A stretch of DNA of 64,000 bases from Schmidtea nova. Its lineage: Eukaryota. The position numbers and the translations under genes were made by a program. Of the stretch, positions 36,290-47,800 are shown in pieces. The DNA is taken from contig CM097883.1 in assembly GCA_044892505.1 (NCBI GenBank), positions 306,714,001 through 306,778,000 on the forward strand, written 5' to 3'. Under the pieces are notes generated by a model. The model ran no database searches. It worked only from the letters and a program-made list of their open reading frames with translations, and was not told where the DNA came from. The stretch's first letter is position 1. The number at the start of each line of letters is the position of its first letter.

Positions 36290-39200
36290 TCTTTTTGTTC
36301 GTTGTACCATCCCCAGCATATTTTGTTGCTACTCCGGCCTTTTCTCCTTATTGTCATGGCCATTTGTTCTATTGTTATTCCTTTATTGATACGTTTGGAC
36401 ATTGCTAGTATTAACGCTATGCATACGACATCTTGTTGGGGTGATGCTCCTTCTCTCGTGTTAGTTATGCTTCTCTCCCCTTCTCCTGGTTTATCCGTTG
36501 TGTTTCTTATCTGAGTTGCTGGTTGCTCTATTGTGTTTTTGATTTCTTTCTTTGTTGGTTTTACTCTATACCATTCAAGTCTAGGCGTTTCATATTTCTG
36601 GCATACGACTGTCTTAGGTAGCCCCGACTTCTTTTCCTTTTCTATTATGCATATCCGATGCATGGTTCCTCCATCCATTTCTTCTATTCGTACGATATCC
36701 TGGTCGGATTTTCTGATTATGCATTTTAGTGGGTTATTTTCTCCAATTGGTTCATCTTCTCTATACCAACATATTTTCTCGACTTCCTGGACATTTATTA
36801 CTTTTATCCCTGTCTGTGGGTTTATTGCTTCTTCCCTATTAATTAATGTCAATATTATTGTTAGACCCAACCATTTTGAACTCTGCGGTAGGCTTCTGGT
36901 CCGCCTTTCATATTTTTCCTCTTCGCCTTTAATCTCTTTTATTTCCTTGTCTTTGTTGTTTATTCCTAGTTTTCCGCTTTTCGCTTCTTTCTTATTTGGT
37001 TCTTCTCGTGCTCTTTCTTCTAGTATTTCTACTCCATGGCTTGTATTATCTATATTTATCCATTGGGTTACCGATTTCTTTGGGTTTATCTTGCGTATCC
37101 ATATAGCTGATAACGCGATTATTACTGGTATGATTGCTGTTAATATTCCTAAGCCGATTAGTTCTTTAATTTCTTTATTCTCGTCTGTTTGTATAGGTTC
37201 GCTTTGGTTGAACATTATTCCGTATTGTCCCTTTAGTTTTCTCATTAATTGTTCCCGTTCTTCTTGTTTTCTTTTGACTTCTTTGATAACTTCTTCGGGT
37301 GTCCATTTTGCTTGAGGGTCGATTATTATTTTTTCTGCGTCCATTTGTTCATTCGTTTGGCTTAGTTCCCTGAATTCGAGTTTCCTTGTTATTCCTTTTG
37401 ATGTCGCGTTTACTGGTGTATAGTAGGTTTCGCATCTTTCTTGTTGGTTTCCTAGTGCGTCCATTATTTCTATTGCGCATACTTCATACTCGCTATTAAA
37501 TTGTAGTTTTTCGATCTTGATTTCTTTATTTGTTTTTCTGCATTCTCTTGATTGTCTTCTTATATGTTTCTGTACTATTATCCAACATATTTCTAATGTT
37601 TTATTCTCTATTTTCCATAATGTTAGAGTTGCTGATGTTTTTCTCTCGGGTTTCGTCGTAACTTCTTGGTTTGTTGGTTGTTTATTGTTTTTAAAGGTAG
37701 TGGTGTACTTCGGTTTTCCTTTGTTTCGTTGTTTCCTTCTGTTTTTCTGTGTTAACGTTTTAGTTCTTGTTCCGGATGAAGTGGTGTATATTCCGCATTC
37801 TAGGTCGTTTATCGTTATCTGATCATTTTTCTTTACCAAACATATTTCGTAAGTTTGTTTCCTTTCTAAACCTTTTATTTGTATCGTCGTTGCTCCTGTG
37901 CTTGTTCGACATTGTGGTGTCTTTCTTTCATTCGTCTCTTTTTCGTACTTCCTCCAGCATACTCCTTTCACATTTGGTTCTATTTCTTTTATTTCTAATG
38001 TTATGTTTAGTTTCTGCTTGATTTGTTTATTTCTCTTTCTCGTTCTCCTTCTGAACTTTATTACTTCTCCAGGTTGGAATGTTTTACATTTTGTGGTACC
38101 TTTCTTGTTTGTCTCTTTTTCTAGTAGGCATAGTTTGTACGTCTTATCTGCTTTTACTTCGGATATTTTAATTACTTTATTCGTTGTTGGTTTTCGACTT
38201 TTCCTTATTTCGTTTACGCCGATTTCCTCGTTGTTTCTCGCCCAACATTTTATGTTAGTATTCTGTGTATCTTCTACTTCTGTTATTGTCATAGTTTCAA
38301 TTTCTATTCCTTCCTCTAATCGTTTTATCATTATTAGTATGAGTGCTAAACATAATACTTCCATTTGGTAAGACACTCTTTCGGTTTCGTTTGTGGCGAC
38401 TCTTGCTTCAGGCCTCTCTATTGTAATTCGTATAGTTGGTGTTGTTTGCTTATCTATTGCCTGGGGTTTGTTGTTTTCTGTTCCCTGTGTCTCTGTCCTT
38501 CCACATTTTCCGATGATGTAATCTCCTTTGGGTGACTGTTGTATTGTCATGGCTGCTTTAGGTGTTTGGTATTTTGCACATGCGATTGTGTTGTGTGATC
38601 TTGGATGCTTTTGTTTTCTAACGGTGCATATTTTGTACCAGGTATTTAGATCTAGGTCGTTGATCTCTATGATTTCTTGCTCGTGTTTTGAGATTCTGCA
38701 ATCCATCGGTCTATTTTGTTCCGTGATTTTGTCCTTTTTTGACCAACATACTCGTTCGATTCCTTTTGCGTTTTTTATTTGTATTATTGCCCTTTCTTCA
38801 CATGTCATTCCTTGACTTGGATTAATTAACGTTAAAATCACTGTTAATAATAGTAATTCTGGTTTGAAGAATGGTTTTATGGTTGATTTATAACCTGTTC
38901 TTTGGGTGTCATTTTTATCTCCTTGGTCGTTTTTTCCTGGTTCTCCATCTTCATCTCTTTGTTTTTCGTCTTCATTTTTCTTTTCTTCCTTGTCTCGTTT
39001 CTTGTCTTTTCTCTCGTTTTCTTCTTTATCGGGTGGTTCGTGATCGTTTGAATTTTCTGAGTTGTTACCGTCGTCACTATCTGTATTGTCATCTTCCCCT
39101 GGCTCGTCGAAAATGTCGTCCTCGACATTGATTTCTTCTATTAGTTTCGCATACGCTAATGTCGTTAGATTACTTGCCTCAAACTCTTGTGTTTCTACCT

Positions 39201-41871
39201 GTTCTGGTATTACTTTGTTAGTGGATTTATATTCTAAGATTTCCTTTTTGGCCTTGATCCAATTGTTGATGTATGTCTTCATCAACTCTTTCCATTTGCC
39301 TGTGTACTTTTCTTCCTTCGGGCTGGTTGTGATCCTTAAATCCTTTCTTTCCATAAACATCTTCAATATCTCTGGCCATTTATACGTTATTAAGGCACTT
39401 CTTATGCACCAATTTTGGTTATGTTCTGTAAACTCATTAATCCTGAATGCTGGTTCGTTAGTATTCGGATTTATCCACGTAAGTATTGCTTCTGTTAGTT
39501 CGACATTATGCATCATTGTTAGTACACTGGTTTTCCTGACCGTATCAGTTAGGTAATCTATTTCTTCCTGATTTGAGATTGTTTTAATGAAGTTGACCAT
39601 TTCCCAATTATGTGTTAGTAATGCTACATCCAGAATTGAATTTTCTTTATCTGTCTTTCCGGTAAGTCCTGCACCTGCTTTGTATAGTTCTTCCAACACT
39701 TTTGTTTTCGTTTTGGCCCTTGCTGCAAATATCATGAGTGTATCTCCTTTCTCGTCTACCATATTCATGTTGCTTCCGCAGTTTAGCATTATTCGTGCAA
39801 TTTCCATTACTCTTCTATCTTTGCCATTTCGTAAAGCTCTATGTATGGGCATTATTCCGTCCTTTGGTAGTAAAAATGTTACTGGCATCTCCTTTTTTAT
39901 ATTCGTTATATCGTTACCATTGTATGTTCCTTTTGCGTATGCGTGTACTTTTTCAACTAAGGCACCGAGTATTTCTAATGCGTGTTGACAATTCTCGAAT
40001 TCTGGTAGCAACTCCTTTGCTTTTTCTTGTATCGCATCTAGTCTAGCTTGGTATGGTGCTTCTGCTTTGAAGAGTGGTGTGAGTTTCTTGTTACTTTCTC
40101 TTTCTTTTCTCTCCAAAACCTGTTTGCATTTTTCGGGGTGGTTTAGGGTTTTTACTAGTTCTTCATACTCATTTATTATCGTCTGGTATTTCTCGTTAAA
40201 ATTGTTTATGTCTTTGTATGTTATTAGTTTATCCAGCGGTTTCGCACACCATTTCCTAATCTTGTTGAATAAGGCTTCCTTCTCTTTATCAAATTTGTGT
40301 TCCTCTTCATTCTTTGTGATGTATATGTTTCCTCTGTCCAGTAAGGTTAGTAATGTCTTTGGATCGCAAATAAATTTCAAAAGGTATCTTAACAACGCGT
40401 TTTGTCCTTCGCTGTATACTTCGTTTATGTCTAAGACCCATGTATCCTCTTCTGGTCGTTTCCATTCGATTAACTTACGGATCGTATTACATTTGCCAAT
40501 TTTGATTGCCTCTTTGATAAGGTCTCCTTTTATTAATTCGTCTATTTCCCACGTGGAGTTTGCTATTATATATTCCAACATAAGTTGGTGAGAACTCCAT
40601 ATCGCGTGATTTAGCACTGTTTTATCTTCTCTATCTCGTTCTGTCCAACTGAAACGGGCTTTTATCAACAGATCTACCATTTCTTTATCTGCTTGGTAGA
40701 TGGCTGCTGTCATTAATGGAGTTTCCTGTTCACGATTCCCAACGTCTAGGTTTTGGTTTGTTTCTTTTGCGATTTTCAAGAATTCTTTTGCTCTTTCAAT
40801 GTTTTTACACTGAATCGCATTATGTAGGGCTGGTTGTCCTCCTACATCTTTTAATAAGAGTATTTCAGGGATTTTTATCAATAATTCAGAAATAATTGGT
40901 TCGGTTGGTAATCCTTGTGCGTAACGGCTAATTATGTGTCTAATGTCCCTTGATATGCCTGCTTCGTCTCTAACATGCCATCTTCCCATTATTTCTCTCG
41001 CCTTCAATAGGATTTCTTTATTTCTGATTTCTTTTTGCCTTATTTCTGTTTTGTCGTCTTCGCTGGTGTTTGCTCTGAGCATGTTTATCCTGGCTGTTTG
41101 TGATCTGGTTATTATTCGATTCTCTGGTGTTGTAGTTATCGTTTTAGGCACCTTCTTACATCTGCAGGTGTTTACATATATGGGTCGTATTAATGGTCGG
41201 TTTATTAGCTTAACTTTGGCATTATTGTCCTTTTTGTATATAATTTCATAAGGTCCTCTTCCAGGTCTTTGGAGTTTCTTAACCGTTCCTGGTATTATTT
41301 CGGGAGTTTCTATTATCACCCAGTCTCCTGGTTTTAGGTCGTTCGCTTTAACGTTTTTCTTCTGGTCGTGTAAGTCCTTATAACTTTCCTGATAAAATTT
41401 AATGTTGAGTTCTGCCGTTTTCCATATTTCCTGCATTCTTTCTTTGAATTTGGTTACGTAGTCGTCATCTTCCATATATTGCGATAATGGTGGCTGATAC
41501 TCTAAATCTATGGGCATGTTGCATTCTCTTCCATACATGAGTTGAAACGGGCTTAGTTTTGTTGCTGCATGTATCGACATTCGGTATGCCATTAAACATA
41601 ATTTTATGTATTCGTCCCAATCAGTTTGGTGTCTGCTGACATAGTTGGATAGCATTCTAATCAATGTACCATTGAATCTCTCTGTTTGTCCATTCGTTTG
41701 TGGGTGATATGGTGAAGTTCTCAATTTTGCTATTCTGAAATAGTTTGTCACCTCGTTCAATAACTCACTCATAAAATTAGTTCCTTGGTCTGTGAGTATT
41801 TGTTTTGGAGTTCCGTATCTGCAACATATTTCTTCCACTAGAATTTTTGCTACGGTTTTTGCTTTTTGGTC
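35773..41871 (-). CDS. pol: Polyprotein part 2: integrase core + GPY/F, ankyrin repeats (two clusters, ~40460-40850 and ~39300-39860), acidic linker, duplicated FN3-like membrane cassettes; same frame as part 1 after a TAA
   Basis: TDQG-35-E (GQTERFNG) and GPYEII. ANK-like PALHNAIQ, TPLMTAAIY, PIHRALRNG and DTLMIFAARA. Hydrophobic segments at 38809-38862, 38317-38358, 37099-37161, 36826-36873 and 36388-36429. Confidence 0.92.
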   Translation of the reverse strand, partial: DQKAKTVAKILVEEICCRYGTPKQILTDQGTNFMSELLNEVTNYFRIAKLRTSPYHPQTNGQTERFNGTLIRMLSNYVSRHQTDWDEYIKLCLMAYRMSIHAATKLSPFQLMYGRECNMPIDLEYQPPLSQYMEDDDYVTKFKERMQEIWKTAELNIKFYQESYKDLHDQKKNVKANDLKPGDWVIIETPEIIPGTVKKLQRPGRGPYEIIYKKDNNAKVKLINRPLIRPIYVNTCRCKKVPKTITTTPENRIITRSQTARINMLRANTSEDDKTEIRQKEIRNKEILLKAREIMGRWHVRDEAGISRDIRHIISRYAQGLPTEPIISELLIKIPEILLLKDVGGQPALHNAIQCKNIERAKEFLKIAKETNQNLDVGNREQETPLMTAAIYQADKEMVDLLIKARFSWTERDREDKTVLNHAIWSSHQLMLEYIIANSTWEIDELIKGDLIKEAIKIGKCNTIRKLIEWKRPEEDTWVLDINEVYSEGQNALLRYLLKFICDPKTLLTLLDRGNIYITKNEEEHKFDKEKEALFNKIRKWCAKPLDKLITYKDINNFNEKYQTIINEYEELVKTLNHPEKCKQVLERKERESNKKLTPLFKAEAPYQARLDAIQEKAKELLPEFENCQHALEILGALVEKVHAYAKGTYNGNDITNIKKEMPVTFLLPKDGIMPIHRALRNGKDRRVMEIARIMLNCGSNMNMVDEKGDTLMIFAARAKTKTKVLEELYKAGAGLTGKTDKENSILDVALLTHNWEMVNFIKTISNQEEIDYLTDTVRKTSVLTMMHNVELTEAILTWINPNTNEPAFRINEFTEHNQNWCIRSALITYKWPEILKMFMERKDLRITTSPKEEKYTGKWKELMKTYINNWIKAKKEILEYKSTNKVIPEQVETQEFEASNLTTLAYAKLIEEINVEDDIFDEPGEDDNTDSDDGNNSENSNDHEPPDKEENERKDKKRDKEEKKNEDEKQRDEDGEPGKNDQGDKNDTQRTGYKSTIKPFFKPELLLLTVILTLINPSQGMTCEERAIIQIKNAKGIERVCWSKKDKITEQNRPMDCRISKHEQEIIEINDLDLNTWYKICTVRKQKHPRSHNTIACAKYQTPKAAMTIQQSPKGDYIIGKCGRTETQGTENNKPQAIDKQTTPTIRITIERPEARVATNETERVSYQMEVLCLALILIMIKRLEEGIEIETMTITEVEDTQNTNIKCWARNNEEIGVNEIRKSRKPTTNKVIKISEVKADKTYKLCLLEKETNKKGTTKCKTFQPGEVIKFRRRTRKRNKQIKQKLNITLEIKEIEPNVKGVCWRKYEKETNERKTPQCRTSTGATTIQIKGLERKQTYEICLVKKNDQITINDLECGIYTTSSGTRTKTLTQKNRRKQRNKGKPKYTTTFKNNKQPTNQEVTTKPERKTSATLTLWKIENKTLEICWIIVQKHIRRQSRECRKTNKEIKIEKLQFNSEYEVCAIEIMDALGNQQERCETYYTPVNATSKGITRKLEFRELSQTNEQMDAEKIIIDPQAKWTPEEVIKEVKRKQEEREQLMRKLKGQYGIMFNQSEPIQTDENKEIKELIGLGILTAIIPVIIALSAIWIRKINPKKSVTQWINIDNTSHGVEILEERAREEPNKKEAKSGKLGINNKDKEIKEIKGEEEKYERRTRSLPQSSKWLGLTIILTLINREEAINPQTGIKVINVQEVEKICWYREDEPIGENNPLKCIIRKSDQDIVRIEEMDGGTMHRICIIEKEKKSGLPKTVVCQKYETPRLEWYRVKPTKKEIKNTIEQPATQIRNTTDKPGEGERSITNTREGASPQQDVVCIALILAMSKRINKGITIEQMAMTIRRKGRSSNKICWGWYNEQKEYQVQTSDEPQTNKETEIQEIQMDGEGNICIWEKVIQEDQPGIEKCKTFQKGEILKFDEKELTKTERTLTLTGLDQTVKGICWTKHNPEGEEGNLTHCKETGNKEKVELKKMEEDIPSSDKRRTTNKQGNRNTRNTNGRRRKYMYMGERNPRRSTRNRKVQDIPKRRNSEIR

Positions 41872-44800
41872 TTACATGGCAAATGCTTCCGGGAATTTCG
41901 TCAGGTAATCCGTTATTACCAGTATATAAATATTTCCGTTTAAACTTTCTGGTAATGGTCCTATTACGTCCATTGCTATAGTTGTCATTGGTTCTGCTGG
42001 TATTGGCATTGGTTGTAGTGGGTTTTTCCATTTCTTCCCACTATCCTTTCTAGTTGCGCAAGTTAGACAATTTTTAATCCATTCTTTTATATCTTCTTCC
42101 ATTGTTCGCCAATAATATTTCTGTCTCATCCGATTTATTGTCTTTTTCTCTGACATATGACCTCCTAATTTCCCATCGTGGTATTGGATCATTATCTCTT
42201 TCCTTCTGTTTTCCGGTAAACACATCAGCCTCTTTTCACCGTCTTGTATCAATAACCATCCTTTATTTATTATATATCGATGTTGATATTTTCCTATATG
42301 TTCCTTTAATTCTTTGTTATCTTTGAGTACCTCCATATTTCGAGATGTTAGGAACTCTATGATCTGTCCTAACTCTCTGTCTTCCTGTTGATCTTTCTTT
42401 AACTCACTAAAATCCAAATCTTCCGCTATTAACACACAAATTCGTTGTACATCAGGATCGGTTAGTTCTGGAAATGTCAGTCTTGACATACAATCTGCAT
42501 TCGCATTCGCTCTTCCTGTTTTAAATTTTATGTCTGGTGAGTACTCCTGTAGCTGCATTGCCCATCGCATTAATCTACTGGATGTTTCCTTATGCTGTCC
42601 TAACCATACAAGCGGTTGGTGATCTGTTGTTATGCAGATGATGTGTCCCCATAATAAATATTTAAAGTGTTTAATTGCTAGTATAATTGCTAATGCTTCT
42701 CGTTCTGTCACCGAGTAATTTTTTTCGTGCTTTTTGAATGTCCGGCTATAATATCCGATTACCCGTTCTTTTCCTTCGTCGTCGTATTGTCCTAATACTG
42801 CTCCTGCTGCATATCCGCTTGCATCTGTTGCAAGTAAAAATGGCTTCTTGAAGTCTGGGTGTACCAATATGGGTGCAGTTATCAGTTTATCTCTCAACTT
42901 TTCAAAGGCTGTTTGTTGTTCATCTCCCCATATGAATGATACATCTTTCTTTACCAGTTCCTGTATAGGCTTTGCGATTCCGGCGTAATCTTTTATAAAC
43001 TTTCTATAGTATCCACATAATCCGAGAAATTCTTGTATTTGGGTTATTGTTTTTGGTACTGGACATTCTTTTACTTTGTCGATATTTCTAGGATCCGGTT
43101 CTTTTCCTTTTGCTGACACTATGTGTCCTAAAAATGTTACTTTCTCTTTAGCCCAATCACATTTGGATGGCTTGAGTTTTAACTTCCATTGTCTAAGTCT
43201 AACGAATACATCTCGAATATCTTGTATGTGTTGTTCGAATGTACCAGAGTAAATTAATAAATCGTCTATGTAGACCATACACTGCTTTATTCCATGGGTG
43301 ACGAAATTCATGCATCTCTGAAATGATGCTGGTGCGTTTGTTAGTCCAAATGGCATCTTTCGAAATTGGTATAAGTCTCTACCGATGGTAAAGGCAGTTT
43401 TCTCTTTATCTTCTTCCTTCATTTTTATTTGCCAGTATCCGCTTTTCAGATCTAGTGATGTAAAATATGCTGCTCCCTGTAATGTTAGTAGCATTTCGTT
43501 GATGTCTGGTAATGGGTAAGTATCTCGTTTTGTCACTGTATTCAATCTTCGATAATCTATGCAGAATCTCTGTGTTCCGTCTTTCTTCTTTACCATTACT
43601 ACTGGAAATTGCCAGGGTGAACAACTTGGTTCGATCACTTCTGCATCCAACATTTTCTTCACTTCTGTTTCTGCTACTGCTTTCTGTGCTTCTGCTAATT
43701 TGTATGGTCTTAATGCAATTGGTGTTTCGTCGGTTAATGGTATCGTATGTAACGTGACATCACATGTTCCTAGATCCAAATCGGATGCTGCAAATATATC
43801 CTTATACTCCATCAAAAGTTTTTCTAACTGCTTCCTTTGATCTTCATTTAGTAGTTCACTATCAATATTCCACGTTGGTTCTTTATCTTTCTCTGCTCCT
43901 TCTATTGGTAGTTCGATATCCATCATTGGGGTTAGTTTGCCTAATCTTTCGTTTTCGTAGATTATTTTATCCTCCTCGTCGAAATTTACTACGTTTATTG
44001 GGATTTCTCCATCATCGTTTATGTTAACTAGTCCTCTTGCCATTGGCAACGCTTTTCTTTTCTCGAATCTCTTACTTGGTTCGAAAATCATATCCCCTTG
44101 GATTGTCGGATCTATTTTTACGTAACATATTTTCTCCTTTCTTGCGGGTATTATCATTTGCTTTGAACTTGTCACTTTGGCTTCTATTGCGCATATTTGT
44201 CCTGTGCGATCCTTTAGTCTCATTGTTCCGAGGTCGATTACAATCTCTTTAAATAGTGCTGGCATCAAATCTGTTCCGATAATGCAAGGTACGCTTAATG
44301 CTGGTATGACAGCTACGTACGTATCGATTTCCGTGTTTAAATGGCGTATTTTTACCCACCATCTTCCTGCTACTTCTACAACTTCTTTGCTACATGCAAT
44401 TACATGGACGTTTGTCCTTTCTATTTCTCGTCTTTGCTCTTGCGGTATCCATTTGATGTCGATGGCGGACATGTTTGCTCCCGTGTCTATCATTGCTTCG
44501 ATTTCCCTTCCGTTAATCTCTATTGTCGTGGTTAATACTGGACCTGTGTTTGATGACATTACTGCGATCGTGTGTGTATCCCCTTGTGGATCTACGCTTC
44601 TACATCTTCTCATTTTATAATCTTCTGGTATCATGGGGTATACATTTGTCATTGGCATCATTTGCATCGTGCCATTTTTTCCTCCTTGTAGTGGTTCTTG
44701 ATACATGGTTGGTGGAGGTGCGTAACATTTCCATGCGTCGGCTGGATTCTTTTCGATGTATTGTGGTGCTTGGTTCTTATACACTTGTCCTCCCTTATAG

Positions 44801-47800
44801 TCGTCATCGTCGTCATCGTCGTCACTTGAATCATTTTGGGTTTTATATCCTTTCATCCTCTCCCACAGTCCTTTTCTTTCTTTCTTGAGCTGTTGTCTTG
44901 CTTGTTCGTCATTCATTATCTTTTTAAATTTTCGTCCTACTTCTTCATCTGTTCTCTTCATTTTTGCTAATATCTTAAGGAGTCTTTTTATTCGGTGGAT
45001 ATCTTTTGAGTGACCGTGTAACACCATTGTTTTCGCAAGGAATGGTAAAAATCCTACTACCATTTTCCAATTCACTCTCTTTTCTCTCTTGTAGATATCG
45101 AAACACGCTAACATTTGCGTTATTATCACTCTGACGATTTGTATTATTAATATAACCCCCAGTATTCCCGCCATCATTTGTCCAAATATCAGGAATCTTC
45201 CCCACATTGCTTTCATCATATTTTCTGTGGCTTTCTTGAAATGTGCTGGTGACAACAACAGTTCATAATTCGGTCCTTCTCGATAATCCGTTCCTCCCGT
45301 TATTGTTACGATATTTGATAGTAATGCTTCTCTTCTTGCCGGGAATAATATATTCTGCCTTGCTGCTTCTAAATCCTTTGGACTATATATTCCGTTGTTT
45401 GAGACATCTACGTCGCTGAATTGCCTATCCTTTGACAATTGCATTAGCTCGAATTCTCTTGGTGCTATCACTTCGGATCTTCCTGGGAACATAACCCATT
45501 TACCATCTGGTTTCTGATAGAGCGGTCCGTACGCATTACTACAGTTAAATGGATTTGGTTCAAACCCTGGTGGATTGATGATTCTCGTCACTGGTTGAAC
45601 GTATCGTACTTTTCCTTTGTAATCGATTTCTAACTCATTTGTACAGGTTCCAGGTTTCAACTGCGTTGTTGCTGCTAGCGACGCGTGTGTCTTTTCACAA
45701 ATGTATACATACATTGCTTCTCCAACCACTCTTCCGAAATGTCCTTCTCTTAGTGGTAATAATGGCATCGCGCTATCTGGATTCGTAATCGCTACGGCCA
45801 ACTTTGTCTTTAATATTTCTCGATTCAGTATACAATCATTGTTTATCAGATCGTAGTACACTTTTTGTAATGAGGCTTGTCCTCTATGAAATAGGAAATC
45901 CATTTTATTATTCACATACAGGTGTAGTTTGATATCCATTGTGTCGATTTTGGGTTTCGCATTTGGCACTTCTTGTTTTGACACATATATTCCTGGGTAA
46001 TTCGTTTCGTATACCGTTGTACTACACTTAAGGGTTGCTTTCCCTTTTATGAATCTCATTCCCACATCCTGATTTGTGGTTATCAACACTGTTGGTGTGG
46101 CTCTCATCTCTATCCTTTTTTCTCTCTGATCTGGTTTCAGTTGTCTTTTATTCTCCAAAGCTTCCTTGAGATGCTTCGCTCTAGCTTTGTCGTCATCGTC
46201 TTCTTCCTGGAACGTTTTTCCTTGAATTTCGTCGAACTGTGCTCCTTGTAGCAGTTGTAATTGACATTCGTTCACCTTTGGTTTGTATACTAATGTTGAC
46301 ATTCCCGTTTGACACATGCTCCTGTCGATTTTACACATGGATAACGTTTTCATTTCCCCCGTTGTTGGTTCGAAGAATGCTTCGTAGCTTTTTAGTTCGA
46401 CTATATACGTATCCATCACCACTAAGTTGGTTGCGAGTGTTCCGAACATCGGGTAGGTTTCTCCTTGACAATATCCTTCTCCTCCCGTAATCCGTCCAGC
46501 TACATAGTACGTCTGTTGCATCATCATTCCTGGCTTTCCTTTTATCTTGATTTTATCTCTTGTTGTTACTTCTCCATGTTTAAACAGTGCTTCGCAGTCT
46601 TCTCCTTGTAACACGATTGGTTCTCTTTCCGTTCCTGGCATGACGATTGCTGAATAATGTCCTCTCCCGCAGTAGAATGCGAATCTCGTCTTCTGCACCT
46701 TACATTCATTTACCATTGTCTTTATGAGTTCTGCTTCTTGATACACGTGGTACCATTGTTCCTTTTTAATCTTTTGCAACTCTACTGGAGTTGCATCTTT
46801 GCATTGCTCCGTGCCTCTCAATGAATACTTTTCTCCTAACTTAATTTGGTCGCAATCAAACACTTCGAACGCTGTTGCGCTATCGGTGCTAATCATCCAT
46901 ATCAACATCATCATTATTATAGAACTCAAATTCATTGATGACTTCGCGTTTCTTGTTCCTGCTTGTTCTTTTCCTAACTCTTCCAATATTTTTTCGAATT
47001 TCTTTTTCATATTCTTGGCTTGTGTTTTCTTCTGGTTAGTTTTTATAAATGTTTCCCATCCGCCATTGTTAATGACGTAGGGTTCTATTTCTTTAGATAT
47101 AATCTTTGCGGTATTTTTTATGTGTCTTTCCAACGCAGTGGGTTTTGGTCGACCTCTACTCAGTGTTAGTAGGTTGTAGATATTGTACGCAATAGCTATT
47201 ACGTATTTGTTATCTGTTTCCGCTCCTTCTGTCAATTTCTTTATTAACGTAGTGGTTCCTTGCCAGTCTAAATGATTTGACTTCGTCTTTTCTTTTATGA
47301 ATTCCGGTAAGATGGGTGCAATTGCGCTGTGCAATGACTTCGCCTTTTCGCTTATCTCAGTTATGCGCCAGTATTTTTTCAATTCCGGATCAATTATTGC
47401 CAATATTTCCATTATTGTTTTTGATATCCATTCCTCACCTTGACATATTGGTGTTGTCTCTTTTTCTTTTATCTCCGCGATTTTATTTAATTTCTTTAAA
47501 CATACTTCCCATTGATCTTGTCTCTTTTCATCTTTATTTCTGATGACTACATTTGCCGGATCTGTCTTGGGTCTACCTCGAGGTCGTCTATCCATTCCTG
47601 TACCCGTTTCCACAAATCTTGTTGCTCGTCCGGTTTCTTCCGTAACATCTCTTGGTTCGTTAGCTCTTTCTTCCAACCATCTTTCCATTTCTTGTGTTAA
47701 TCGTACATTTTCGACATTCGCTCCTCTTGTTTCGTCTTCCGTCAAATCGTTTACTTCTTCTATTATTATCTCTTCTTCGACTTCTGTTTCTCCGGTGTTG

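Noticed and set aside
41872-41874. Programmed stop-codon readthrough
   Set aside because: The stop is inside the integrase catalytic core, not at a gag/pol border, and lacks a known readthrough context. Mutation or read error is simpler.
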